Shown one piece after another: positions 1 to 11,759 of a stretch of DNA of 64,000 nt; positions within the stretch are counted from its first letter, which is position 1, and each line of letters begins with the position of its first letter. This DNA comes from Mobula hypostoma (lineage: Eukaryota). Position numbers and translations under genes: made by a program. The notes below the pieces were generated by a model. The model was not told where the DNA came from, did not search any database, and saw nothing but the letters and a program-made list of their open reading frames with translations. The stretch lies in the NCBI RefSeq assembly GCF_963921235.1, contig NC_086108.1, positions 68,450,001-68,514,000 on the forward strand. The letters run 5' to 3'.

Positions 1-469
1 CAGTTAATTTTGAAATGTGGCTTGGTTTTAAGCTGGGAGAGTGTTCTAGGAGCTTTAGGAAAATTGCAAGCATTCGGCTTTTGTGAATATAAAGAACTGA
101 AATCTACTATGTGTACGTTAAGATTATTGCATGAATTTCAAGTGGGAGACAAAAAGCTGCTTGTTAGAGTACCATGGATACAAAGACCATAGCCCAGCTG
201 GATGAGTGGAAGGCCAAAAAGAAAGGAGATACAAAAACAGGCTTCATCAGATGATATTGATGTGGAAACCAAGAGGAGAGATCAGATCGTAAAAAGAGCA
301 ATAGAAGGATTAATAAGAGAATATTCCAGTGAACTAAATGCACCTTCCCAAGATCAAGATGCACATCCTAGAAATACGAAAAAGAGCAGGATAAAGAGAG
401 ACAAAGAAGTTGGGTCCGGAAGAGGAGCAAGGGTTGAAATAGATCCAGAGAGAAAAGCTGAGGAAAGGA
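1..469 (+). pseudogene. RBM25: Processed, degenerate RBM25 fragment (RRM C-terminal half, following helix and a piece of the RE/RD-rich region); runs off the window start
   Basis: Translates across frameshifts to QLILKCGLVLSWESVLGALGKLQAFGFCEYKELKSTMCTLRLLHEFQVGDKKLLV, DTKTIAQLDEWKAKKK, ETKRRDQIVKRAIEGLIREYSSELNAPSQD and NRSREKS. These match recalled vertebrate RBM25. No introns; frameshifts, stops and an internal deletion are present. Confidence 0.9.
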
Positions 470-1015
470 GAAGAAAGATGTCCGGAGCTGTCAGAACTAC
501 TTCCTGCTGTCCCAGAGGCGACCCCTACAACCATGGAGGGGGCCCCAGAACTTGAAATTGTTTCACAGCCACAAGTCTCACCTGCCAAGCAGAATATTTG
601 CCCTTGTCAGAAAACACATTATCCCACAAAAGTAAGAAAGACTCCACAGTAATTAAAGCTTTAGGCCTGAATGGGACAATTTAAAGGTTACTATCTGGTT
701 GTATTATATTGAATACTGTATATATAGTTGAGATGCATTCTCTATTGAGTTGACGTTTTTAAGCTGAGCAGGGAGGAGTGTTGTGTATTTAATATTTCAG
801 TAATGTTTGAATAATATTGTAAATATATTGTTTGATTAAGCACTTGTTTAAATAACTTATTACTAGTTATATCCAAATTACGTGATTTGCATACGTCATC
901 ACACTACCACATGATATGTGTGTACCTCCCTTAATAGTAAAAACAAATTAAGACTTGCATCTCTTAGGCGTCTGTCTTTTTCTTTAATTTTGTATCTTGG
1001 TGTTAGAAAATGAAA
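470..1015 (+). mobile_element. Gypsy LTR retrotransposon 3' end: pol/integrase C-terminal tail, polypurine tract and 3' LTR
   Basis: 470-664 reads EERCPELSELLPAVPEATPTTMEGAPELEIVSQPQVSPAKQNICPCQKTHYPTKVRKTPQ*LKL* (RYPxRxRxPP-like integrase tail). PPT AGGGAGGAG at 770-778. The LTR starts TGTTGTGTATTTAAT at 779 and is homologous to the LTRs at 49429/54364-54558 and 58712-58932. Confidence 0.8.
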
Positions 1016-1339
1016 TGGACTCAATTGGCCAGCTGGCCTAATTCTGTTCCTATGTCTATGGTCTTACAAGCTTACTTTCACAAATATTGTAATAATATAA
1101 TGAATATGACCCTATTCTTTATTCTAGCTGTTGTAGCCATTAAGTTCTTAAATGATTTCACATAACTTTTGTGCATAGCAAATTCTGGAAAAGCTAACTG
1201 CTAAAAATAAAGCCTTTAACATATATAAAAACAATTAAGCATAACCCTTTTTACTCATTTTTATAACTGACCCCCTCCTTGAAAATTAAAATATCGATAG
1301 CACAAAATACTGGGGAAGCTGTGAATTAAGTAAGGGGGT

Positions 1340-1915
1340 TAAGTATTGATGTTCAGAGTGATCTGGATATCCTCGTTTAAGGAACACAGAAAGCTAGCTG
1401 GCCGGTATAGCAAACAATTCTGAAGACAGACAGAATCTCAGTCTTTAAAGTGAGGATAATGGAGAAAAGAGAAGTGAAATCTTATTGCAACCATTCTGGG
1501 CTTTGGCAAGTTCACAGCCTTAGTGCAGTCTGTGATAGATGGGATAATGGGCATAGTGCTGTTCTCATTATTTAAAGAAGCAAGTTTACTATATGTTTCA
1601 ATGTATTTGTGACAAACAAATAACGCTATTCTTTAAATGTACCCAAGTTCCTGAAGTTCAGAATAATGAGAGGTCATGTTATTGAAACATATAACAGATG
1701 TTATTTAAACATTTCAACAGGATAGATGTTGTAAGGTTGTTTCCTCTGGTGGGGATTCTAAAACTTAGGGGCATAGACTAATGATACAAATTTAACAACT
1801 TAAAGCTAATCTGAGGAGAAATTTCAGTCCCCAGAGTTGTGAATTATTGGATTTCTCAACCCAAGAGAGCTGTGGATACTGGAGTTATTAAGTATATTCA
1901 TGCTGAGATAGATTT
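1340..1915 (+). mobile_element. Old CR1 LINE 3' fragments
   Basis: Degenerate similarity to the RT C-terminal region of the CR1 at 14850-15440, e.g. gaagttcagaataatgagaggtcatgttattgaaacatataa and gagttgtgaattattgg. Confidence 0.6.
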
Positions 1916-2677
1916 TATTGTAACCATTTACTATCCAAATACTGACGTGTACACCAAGTCTGCCAGGATTTCAAAACGTATCATCCAATGCCATGTTTTC
2001 TCGCAGCTGCCTAGTCAATGTGAGACATTTCCTGTGAAAACATTTCACTGCTCTCACGTTGTAAAAGAAATCATTCTGTTTCATTTGGCAGTAAAGATAA
2101 TCATTATGTATTTTTTTATGGGTTGGGTTTAAAGAATTGAGAGGCAGGACTGTATGTCATGATCCAAACAAAATTTTTTGTATATGACCTCTTGGGTATG
2201 CTGCCATATGTTCGCCAGGAACGATACGATCTGTTATTCATACTTGCCTGTAGATTGTGTATTTGTACAGAGTTCACTAGGTATGTTCAGTGATTTCAAG
2301 TGGTGTGAAATATTCACTTTGATGTCACTGTTCCTTTGAAACAGGCAATAATGACAGAGTTGGGCATATTTCTCTAGCATTTCTCCTGCCCAATCCTCTC
2401 CCTAATCCCCAAACCATTCACAACATGCTTGTTCCATAAGCTCCATAACCATCTACAATGATTGAAGCTCATTGATCAAAGCCTTTTCTGCATTGCCCAA
2501 GATCAGTTCCATTGCTGTCAATAGCCTTGGGACCCCTGCGTGATAGAATGTTACTGCAATGCCCTTGCACAAATATTGTGCAAATCCTAGAGCGTATTGC
2601 TTTAATTCCTAGATCAGCGAGTCCTTCAGATGTTGAGCTAATTGTGCCTGAAGTAAAGCAGGATGATAAAGATATTT

Positions 2678-4293
2678 CAAGCAAGAGAAAATCTGCTGAT
2701 AACTAGAAATCCAAGCAATGCACACAAGGAACTCAGCTAGCCAGGAAGCAACTATGGAAAAGAGTACAGTCAACATTTCAGGCCTGGATTCTTCATTGGG
2801 ACTGGAAAAAAAAGATGAGTGAGAGTAAGAAATTTGTTTGGTGGAGGGGAGTACAGAGCTGGGAAATTATCTGGTGAAAGAGATAACACATAAAAAATGC
2901 TGGTGAACGCAGCAGGCCAGGCAGCATCTATAGGAAGAGGTACAGTCGACATTTCATCTCTTCCTTCAGTTGGTCCTGACGAAGGGTCTCAGCCCGAAAT
3001 GTTGACTGTACCTCTTCCTATAGATGCTGCCTGGCCTGCTACGTTCACCAGCACTTTTTATGTACGTTGCTTGAAATTCCAGCATCTGCAGGTTTCCTCG
3101 TGTTTGCGTGGTGAAAGAGGTACAGGGCTGAGGAAGGTGGAATTTGGATAGGAGAGGATGGAAGGCCATGGAAGAAAGAAAAGGGGAGGAGCACCAGAGG
3201 GAGGTGATAGGCAGGTAAGGAGGTAAGGTGAGAGAGGGAAATGGGAATGGTGGGGGGGGTGTGGGGCATTGCCATAGGTTCAATAAGTCAATGTTTACGC
3301 TTTCAGGTTGGAGGCTACCCAGACAGAATATAATGTGTTGCTCCTCCAACCTGATTGTGGCTTCATCGTGACAGTAGAGGAGGCCATAGACTGACATGTC
3401 AGAATGGGAATGTGACGTGGAATTAAAATGGGTGGCCACTGGGAGGTACTGCTTTTACTGACGGATGGAGCGTAGGTGCTTGGCAAAGCGGTCTCCCAAT
3501 CTGCGTTGGGTCTCACCACTATACAGGATGCCACACTGGGAGCACAGGATACAGTAGATGACCCCAACAGACTCACAAGTGAAGTTTCACCTCACCTGGA
3601 AGGATTGTTTGGGGCCCTGAATGGTAGTGAGGGAGGAGGTGTAGGGGCAGGTGTAGCACTTGTTCTGCTTTCAAGGATAAGTGCTGGAAGGGAGATCAGT
3701 GGGGTGCGGTGAACAGGCAGGGAAGTTACGGAGAATTAGGTGCTGGATACGGAGGGTGGTAGGTGAGAACAAGAGGATCCCTATCCCTGGTGGGGTGGTG
3801 GGAGGATGGGGTGAGGGCAGACATGTGCGAAATGGAAGAGATGCTGTTAAGGGCAGCATTGATGGTGGAGGAAGGGAAGCCCCTTCTTTGAAGAAGGATG
3901 ACATCTCCACACTCAGGTTAGAGGAGCAACACCTTATAGCCTCCGCCACTTCACCATTCCCCCATTCCCATTTCCCTCTCTCACCTTATCTCCTTACCTG
4001 CCCATCACCTCCCTCTGGTGCTCCTTCCCCTTTTCTTTCTTCCATGGCCTCCTGTCCTCTCCTAGCAGATTCCCCCTTCTCTAGCCCTGTATCTCTTTCA
4101 CCAATCGACTTCCCAGCTCCTTACTTCACCCCTCCCCCCCCCCCAGTTCTTTCTCCCCACCCCTAATTTCTCACTCTGACTCCTTGTCTTTTTTTCCAGT
4201 CCTGATGAAGGGTTTCGGCCCAAAATGTCGACTGTACTCTTTTCCATAGATGTTGCCTGGCCTGCTGAGTTCCTCCAACATTTTGTGTGTGTT
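2678..4293. mobile_element. Cluster of nested and inverted Penelope-like element (PLE) fragments, including the GIY-YIG endonuclease on the minus strand
   Basis: The minus strand encodes ATHFNSTSHSHSDMSVYGLLYCHDEATIRLEEQHIIFCLGSLQP (GIY-YIG C-terminus). PLE terminal repeats occur in both orientations. A younger insert at 2883-3108 is flanked by an 11-bp duplication TGGTGAAAGAG (2872-2882 / 3109-3119). Confidence 0.8.
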
Positions 4294-4604
4294 GATGTAG
4301 ATATTTAATAAAACAGCCTATAATAAATCAATGAGTAGCACTGGCATGTCCTGTTGTATATTCTCCATAAAGGAAGTTGTATTCAACCTTTCTTGTCTTT
4401 TTAATTGTACTGTTCAAATATAACAGTAGTTTGGCAATTAGGGTTTTTAACTTCCTAAAATCAATTACAAGCAATTGTACAGTAGCTCCTGGTTTCTGAT
4501 TTCTGGGGAGAAGAACCCAGCATGAAATGGTGGTGGTTCTTTTTAATGCTTGTGTGCATTTTAAACAATACTTGCTTATTAATATAAATACAGCTTTAGA
4601 ATGA

Positions 4605-4856
<252 letters not shown>

Positions 4857-7273
4857 TAACAACAAAATATCTATCTTAATATAACTAACATTAAGGGGGG
4901 TCTGGCATTTTGGATAAAAATATTGTTTTAAAAAAAATCAAGAAACCAAATTAATAGTTTAATTGTGTAGTCATCACATTCAAGTAAAATTTATACAAAG
5001 TAAAAGATTGAATGATTTATGATAAAATTTTAACTTTCTGGCAACAATAGAGCATCCAGTGTAGAAAGATAGATGGTTTTTGTAATTACAAGTTTTTGTA
5101 ATTACTAATTTTCATTTAGTGGTGATTAAATATGTGCTTTGGGAAGAGGAGTGGTACATAGTGCACTCCAACCTCAAGTGGGAAACAGTAAAATGAAAAT
5201 TCCAAAAGCCTATTATACAGCTTAAGTTTGAAAATCAAAAATTAAGACCACTGAATAAGGATTTGGTTTCAGATTTGACAAACGTTCTTTCTAATTACAT
5301 TTTTATATGACATTTTATCCTTATTATTAAATCTACTGAATCAGGAATATATATCCTTAAAATTTCAACTTTTTTTGTATTTAATTTACTTGTTTAAGTA
5401 TCAAAATCAAATTTAATACTAGTAATAAGACCAACTTTTGTCAGCTCAGTGTACAAGCAATTATTATGTCTTGAATGTAATATCACTCCTAAAGACCAAT
5501 GCAGGATTCTTTAGCTCTCCTAGGAAGTGAAACTGTCTGTAGATTTCACTGAGTGCAATCCATGCATTGCAGGTATTGAGGAGGTGACCTTCTATCCCTT
5601 TGTCATCAGTTCACTGGGAAAATATGTACCATCATTGCTGGTGAACCATCAAAATCTTCTTCATCAAATTAAAGTGGTGGGATGGGGTGGGGGGGGGGGC
5701 AAAAAAAGTGGAAAAGACCGAAAGGCTTCAGGGAACTTCAATACTTTTAGAGAGTCATCGATAGCAAAACTATTGTCATAGCTTCAGACATGCGAATACA
5801 TGCGTTTACCAAATTTCCTGGACCAAAGTCCTTCCAAGGTGTATTTTTCTGATAAGAATATTGCAAGGCATGATTGATATATAAAGGTTAGGTTACAAAA
5901 GGCTTAAGGGTGTGAAATTCAGATTTATGGTGAATTCTTGATGAATTGTAAATTCGTATTGTATGCGTTATGGATTGTTGTTTCAAACGAACGACTAAAA
6001 TAAAAATGGAAAATCGTTGCGAAAATAATTAACATTTTAGGTCTCTTAGTTTTAATCAGACCTCATGTTTTTGTTGGGAAACAAGCATCTCCTAAAGATA
6101 TAAGAACAGCAAATAGTGGTACTTGCAGGCATAGATTTCACACTTTCTATGGCTGTGATCCCAGCATTTTGGTGCTGTTGCCATCAAGTGGAACAGAACA
6201 TAGCCCTTTTTCAAAGTACCACTATTACCCTTACTGCAAATAAATAGAGTTCAATCCTTGTAAACTGCTGCCCATTTCCAATGTCCTTCTGCTGTACAAT
6301 TCCTGTCATCACCTGAACCATGCATGTTTCTCCTGCATCTCTTGAGTTTGAATCTTATCAACTGTGTTCCTAATTCTGTTCCGATGCTAATACAACTCCA
6401 ATTAAATTATTAAGTGCTGATCCTCTTTGACCTTGACCATTACCATTCTTGTAACCCTCAATCTTTCAAAGATCTTTGACACGGTTGAAAATATTAATTC
6501 TCCAATTAACCAGACTTCAAGCTTTTGTCAAATTCCCTTGTCTGGTTTCCACTGTCATATTCAATTGTAGCAGGAACGTCATTCCTACTTGTCACTACAC
6601 CTTTGTCTTCGAAATCCCACACATTTTGTTGCTCTTCCATGAAGAAGGAAGGACCAGAACAGTTAACTTTACTGAAAAGGAATAAATCATCTGATGCAGA
6701 TGAGAACAGTAAATGAGAAAATTGCAGAGGCCTCGGCCATCTATAGATTTGGCATTACTTTCTGAGGGTTGGAAAATTGCAAATATTATGCATTTATTTT
6801 TCAAAATGTATGTAGGGATAAACCAAATCAAAAGTCTTAAACTTCAGTGATTAAAAAATTTATAAAAACAATGATAAGGGACAGAATTAGAAATCTTGTG
6901 GACTAATGTGGGTTTAAAGGCGGCTGGATTTAAGTTGTTAAAAACAAATTAATTCTAACAAACTACAGAATTCTGTGCTGAAGTAACAGGCAGGATTGAT
7001 GAAGGAAATGGGGTTCATGTGTTATAGAAATCCAAGTAGTATTTGATGTACAATATGCATCAAGAACGAAGTCCATAGGATAAAAGGAGGTGTAGCAGCT
7101 TTGGAGAAAGTAGAAAGCAATTTTGCCTGTTTCCCAACTGCAGTTAACATTTCCTCGTATGATCTGAAGGTAATTTCTTCTTGTGCACTAATGGGGCCCA
7201 GAAGATAACCAAAGTGGGCAAACACAGAAGCCTCGAGATAGGGAGGGCTGAAAAGAGGGTTGTATCTCCCTGT

Positions 7274-7444
7274 TGTCTTCTCCTATCATTTCGGCTCTCC
7301 CCCTCCCCCTACCACTTTCAAATCTCGTACTATCTCTTCTTTCAGTTAGGCCTGACGAAGGGTTTCGGCCCGAAACGTCGACTGTACCTCTTCCAATAGA
7401 TGCTGCCTGGCCTGCTGCGTTCACCAGCATTTTGTGTCTGTTGC
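7274..7444 (+). mobile_element. Short PLE terminal-repeat insertion with a 14-bp target-site duplication
   Basis: TTGTATCTCCCTGT occurs at 7260-7273 and 7445-7458. The interior matches the PLE terminal repeats at 33240-33410 and 36508-36680. Confidence 0.85.
7347..7384 (+). ncRNA. Minimal type I hammerhead ribozyme motif (PLE-associated) with an intact catalytic core
   Basis: TAGGC-CTGACGA-A-GGG-TTTCGG-CCC-GAA-ACGT-C^GACTG: CUGANGA and GAAA boxes, stem II GGG/CCC, palindromic ACGU stem III, GUC cleavage triplet, and stem I with one mismatch. Confidence 0.7.
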
Positions 7445-8499
7445 TTGTATCTCCCTGTCTTCTTTACCTTGCACAGGTAGTAAATTCACCATAGCTTAGT
7501 TCTTGAACATGCTAGAACAGCAGTATCTTGTGTGTGTGTGACCATCGTGAAAGCAGAACTCTACGCTTCCTTCAATAAATCCTGCAGCCAGCTGGTACAT
7601 CTGAATGCTTGTTGCTGTCAAAGTAATGCAGTTTGTACTCTTCAAGGTCATTCTAAGATTCTGTAGGTCAAGATGTCTCCGCTATCAGTACACAACGAGG
7701 TAAGTAGAGTTAACCACAGGTGAAGCTGATGTTCACAAATCAAGAGGGTATGTGGTCTGCTGCTTAAACTTGATCTTTGCAATCAAATCCTAAGAGAATG
7801 CATTTTATTATAATCAATGCACTCCATACCAGAATGCAGCATTCATTAATTAGGATTTTATTTGATTAATGTGCTATAGATTTGCATCCATGTAGGGACA
7901 TTACTCCAAGTGTCTGCAAAATATCATAAATCATTCAATCTTTTAATTTATACAAATGATGGTTGAGGGAGTAATGTGGAGTTCTGGGGCAGTTTAAAAC
8001 AACAGCTGAAAATCTGGTTTATGAGAATGCAAACCTATCTTCCCACTCAAGATGCTGAACAAAGCCTTGCAATGCTGAATTTTTTTTTTGTGCCATGAAC
8101 ACTGCTTCAACGGGCACCAGCTTGGATGTAAAGAGCGCTGATGGCCTTCTACGCATCATAGCACTGTGATGGTCACAGTTTCACGTGAAGACACGAGTTG
8201 TTTGATTAGGAGTAGTTCTACCAAAACAAAGGTTCAGCAAGGTCAGAATTGTTGTTGTATGGGGTGCTGAGCTGCACTGATAGCCGTGACATTATTAACA
8301 TTCAGCAGCTTTTGTTGAGATGGAAACTGCTTTGTACCTCACCCCTTTCTATCAACACAAAGCAGTTAATAATTATTGTCAGGTTCTTTGTCTATCCCCT
8401 ACTGCTCAGAATCAATCCACGGTCTCCTCTTTCCACATATTAAAAGACCATACAGAAAACAACTTCAGGCTAGAAAATGAGCAGGTTTTCATGTATTGT

Positions 8500-10600
8500 A
8501 GAGTCATAGAGAAATACAGCACAGCAGGTGCTTCAGCCCATCTAATCTGTGTCAAATTATTATTCTGCCTAGTCCATTGACCTGCAACTGGGCCATAGCC
8601 CTCCATACCCTCCCATCCAAGTACTTATCCAAACTTCTCTTAAATGTTAACAATTGAACCCACAGATAGCTAATATCTATTTCAATTTACTACCTCAAAC
8701 TGAATGTCAGGCAAATGAACCGTCTTGACCAACCTCCCATGTGAGACCTTGTCAGAGGCAATATCCAGTGCTTTGACTTCAGTTTTCCTGATAACCTGTT
8801 TGAAAAATTAAAAGATTGGTTAAAAGACCAATTAAAATTAAAAGACAGGACCTACCATGCACAAAGCCATGTTAACTATTCCTAATCAGTACCTGTTTAT
8901 CCAAATATTTATACAGTATGTCCAGTCCTTTAGAATACCTTTCAATAACTTGCCCACTAGTAATGTCAGGCTCACCTCCCTATAATTCCCTGACTTATTT
9001 TTAGAGCCTTTCTTGAACAACAGAACAATATTACTTATTCTCCAATCCTCTGGTGCCTCACCCATTGCGAAGGAGGCATTAAATATCTCTGCTAGGGCCT
9101 CTGCAATTTCTGCACTAGCCTCCCACAAGAGCCGAGGGAACATCAATCCCTGGGGGTTTATCCACCCTAATTTGCCTCAAGACTGGAAGCACCTCCTCTG
9201 TGATCCATAAGCAATCCATGCCCGCACTGCTGTTTTGCCTCACTCCTATAGACTCTATCCGTCTCACGAGTAAATACATATGCAAAAATCCATTTAAGAT
9301 TCCCCTCCCCCCATCTCCTTCAACTCTATGCATAGACAACCACACTGATCGTCAGGAAGACCAAGTTGCTATCATTTTGCTCTTAATTTATCTATTGAAG
9401 TCCTTGGGATTCCCCTTCATCATGTCTGCTATGGCAACCTCATGCCTTCTTTCAGCCTCCTGATATTCTCTTGTATTTCTTGTACTCATCAAGTACCTCA
9501 TCTGTTTCTTGCTGCCTATACCTGATGTGCACCTCCTCCTTCTTTACCAAGGCCTCAGTATCACTTGAAACCAGGATTCCTTTAACCTGTTAGTCTTGCC
9601 TTTTACTCTGACAGCAACATGCAACTCTGTACTCTCATAATTTCACCTTCGAAGGCCTCCCACTTATCAAGCTGAAAACAACCCACACCAATCCACGATC
9701 TGTCAAGTCAATCTCTTTCCGATAACATCAAGAATGCCCTTTCTCCAATTTAGAGTAACAACCCAAGGACTAGAGCCATCCTCCATAACTATCTGAATTA
9801 TTATCTGAATGGTGGCCGATTAGGAAAAGGGGAGGTGCAACGAGATCTGGGTGTCATTATACACCAGTCATTGAAAGTGGGCATGCAGGTACAGCAGGCG
9901 GTGAAAAAGGCGAATGGTATGCTGGCATTTATAGCGAGAGGATTCGAGTACAGGAGCAGGGAGGTACTACTGCAGTTGTACAAGGCCTTGGTGAGACCAC
10001 ACCTGGAGTATTGTGTGCAGTTTTGGTCCCCTAATCTGAGGAAAGACATCTTTGCCATAGAGGGAGTACAAAGAAGGTTCACCAGATTGATTCCTGGGAT
10101 GGCAGGACTTTCATATGAAGAAAGACTGGATGAACTGGGCTTGTACTCGTTGGAATTTAGAAGATTGAGGGGGGATCTGATTGAAACGTATAAGATCCTA
10201 AAGGGATTGGACAGGCTGGATGCAGGAAGATTGTTCCCGATGTTGGGGAAGTCCAGAACGAGGGGTCACAGTTTGAGGATAGAGGGGAAGCCTTTTAGGA
10301 CCGAGATTAGGAAAAACTTCTTCACACAGAGAGTGGTGAATCTGTGGAATTCTCTGCCACAGGAAGCTGTTGAGGCCAGTTCATTGGCTATGTTTAAGAG
10401 GGAGTTAGATATGGCCCTTGTGGCTACAGGGGTCAGGGGGTATGGAGGGAAGGCTGGGGCGGGGTTCTGAGTTGGATGATCAGCCATGATCATAATAAAT
10501 GGCGGTGCAGGCTCGAAGGGCCGAATGGCCTACTCCTGCACCTATTTTCTATGTTTCTATGTTTCTATCTTGAAACTAATGGAATCATGATCAATGGAAT
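8500..10600 (-). mobile_element. Older CR1 LINE remnant with internal deletions, interrupted by a young CR1 at 9801-10564
   Basis: The minus strand gives PRLLWEASAEIAEALAEIFNASFAMGEAPEDWRISNIVLLFKKGSKNKSGNYREVSLT (CR1 RT N-terminal region). CR1-type 3' tail near 8500. Confidence 0.75.
9801..10564 (+). mobile_element. Young 5'-truncated CR1 LINE
   Basis: Open RT C-terminal frame (QRDLGVII...RPHLEYCVQFWSP...FFTQRVVNLWNSLP) and an (TTTCTATG)n tail. About 98% identical to 14828-15585 by manual count. Confidence 0.92.
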
Positions 10601-11759
10601 TGTGAGACACACAACCTGTTAACACCTAGAATTCCTTACTACTTCTTCTCCCTGGTGCTCAGGTGTAGCACTGGGTCTGTTGGTTTCCGCAGAGCTACAG
10701 GACAATTGCTCAGGTTAATGGTCTGTACAACTACAGCTACAGTGCTGCGGTTGCATGTATTTGCACTAACTTAGTTCTTAAACCAAAGTAAATAAGCCCT
10801 TATGTGCTAGAAGTGAATTGTTCAAGGATCGCAACAGAGCAATGCTTTCATTCTGTGCAGGCGTTCAGCTAAAGCCTACATGCAGACATTGTCATGCCTA
10901 CTCTTTCCACAGCCAGTCATTTGCAGAGAAAGCCCTTCACAGGCAAAGTGAACTCTACCATTCTCATTGCGGAGGCCACTGTGTGTGGCTACACATCACC
11001 TACAATTTTTTTTTTTTTTGCTATGTCTTCAGTAGTATCCTATTGTTTGATCCAGGTGTGGCATCAATATGTTGTCATCAACATCCCCCAGCACCTGCAT
11101 CCAGCTGGACTGAGCTTGGAAGTTCTTGTACCCCCCTGTGTGCTTATAAGCCCCTCTTCTAGTTTGCTCCATCAGCTCCTGCTTCCTTATGACGTATGAG
11201 ACATCATGTGCAGCCCCACCCAATGTTTTATCAGCCTCACTGGTGGGTCTGTGCTAATTTATAGAAGACCTACTGTAAATCACTCAATGGTGGATTTTTT
11301 AAATGACTTCCCATGAAGAAATTCTTCAACCTCCTCAAGGCATGTATTTTGCAGGATGGGTGAAGTCATATTGAAAAATTGCAGATGTAAATTAGAATTT
11401 TGAAGGTAAGAATGCTTGAAGTTTTTATTTTAAACAAAATCTCTTTTTATTCATTATTGACATCCAATGTAGAAAGTGATCTGTGACTGCACTAGGTAAA
11501 GGTGAGGCCTCTATCTGCCTGTCTCCAATCACACATCTCATGTCATGTACTTGTTATTGGATGTTGGCTGCTTTGTCCTATGCCCAGAAAAGATCACACA
11601 CAAGTTTCCATATTCAACAAGACATTGCTTGAATTTGGAGGCAGTCCTAGCCTGTTTACTTCCAATTTTTTTATGTGGCCAACACTACACAGTTTCTTTA
11701 AATAACCAAGGGCCCCACAGACTTAGAAGAACAGTGAGAAAAGAAAAAATGTCATAAGT

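Noticed and set aside
10..555. Functional RBM25 gene
   Set aside because: It has frameshifts, stops, an internal deletion and no introns, and is fused to retrotransposon sequence.
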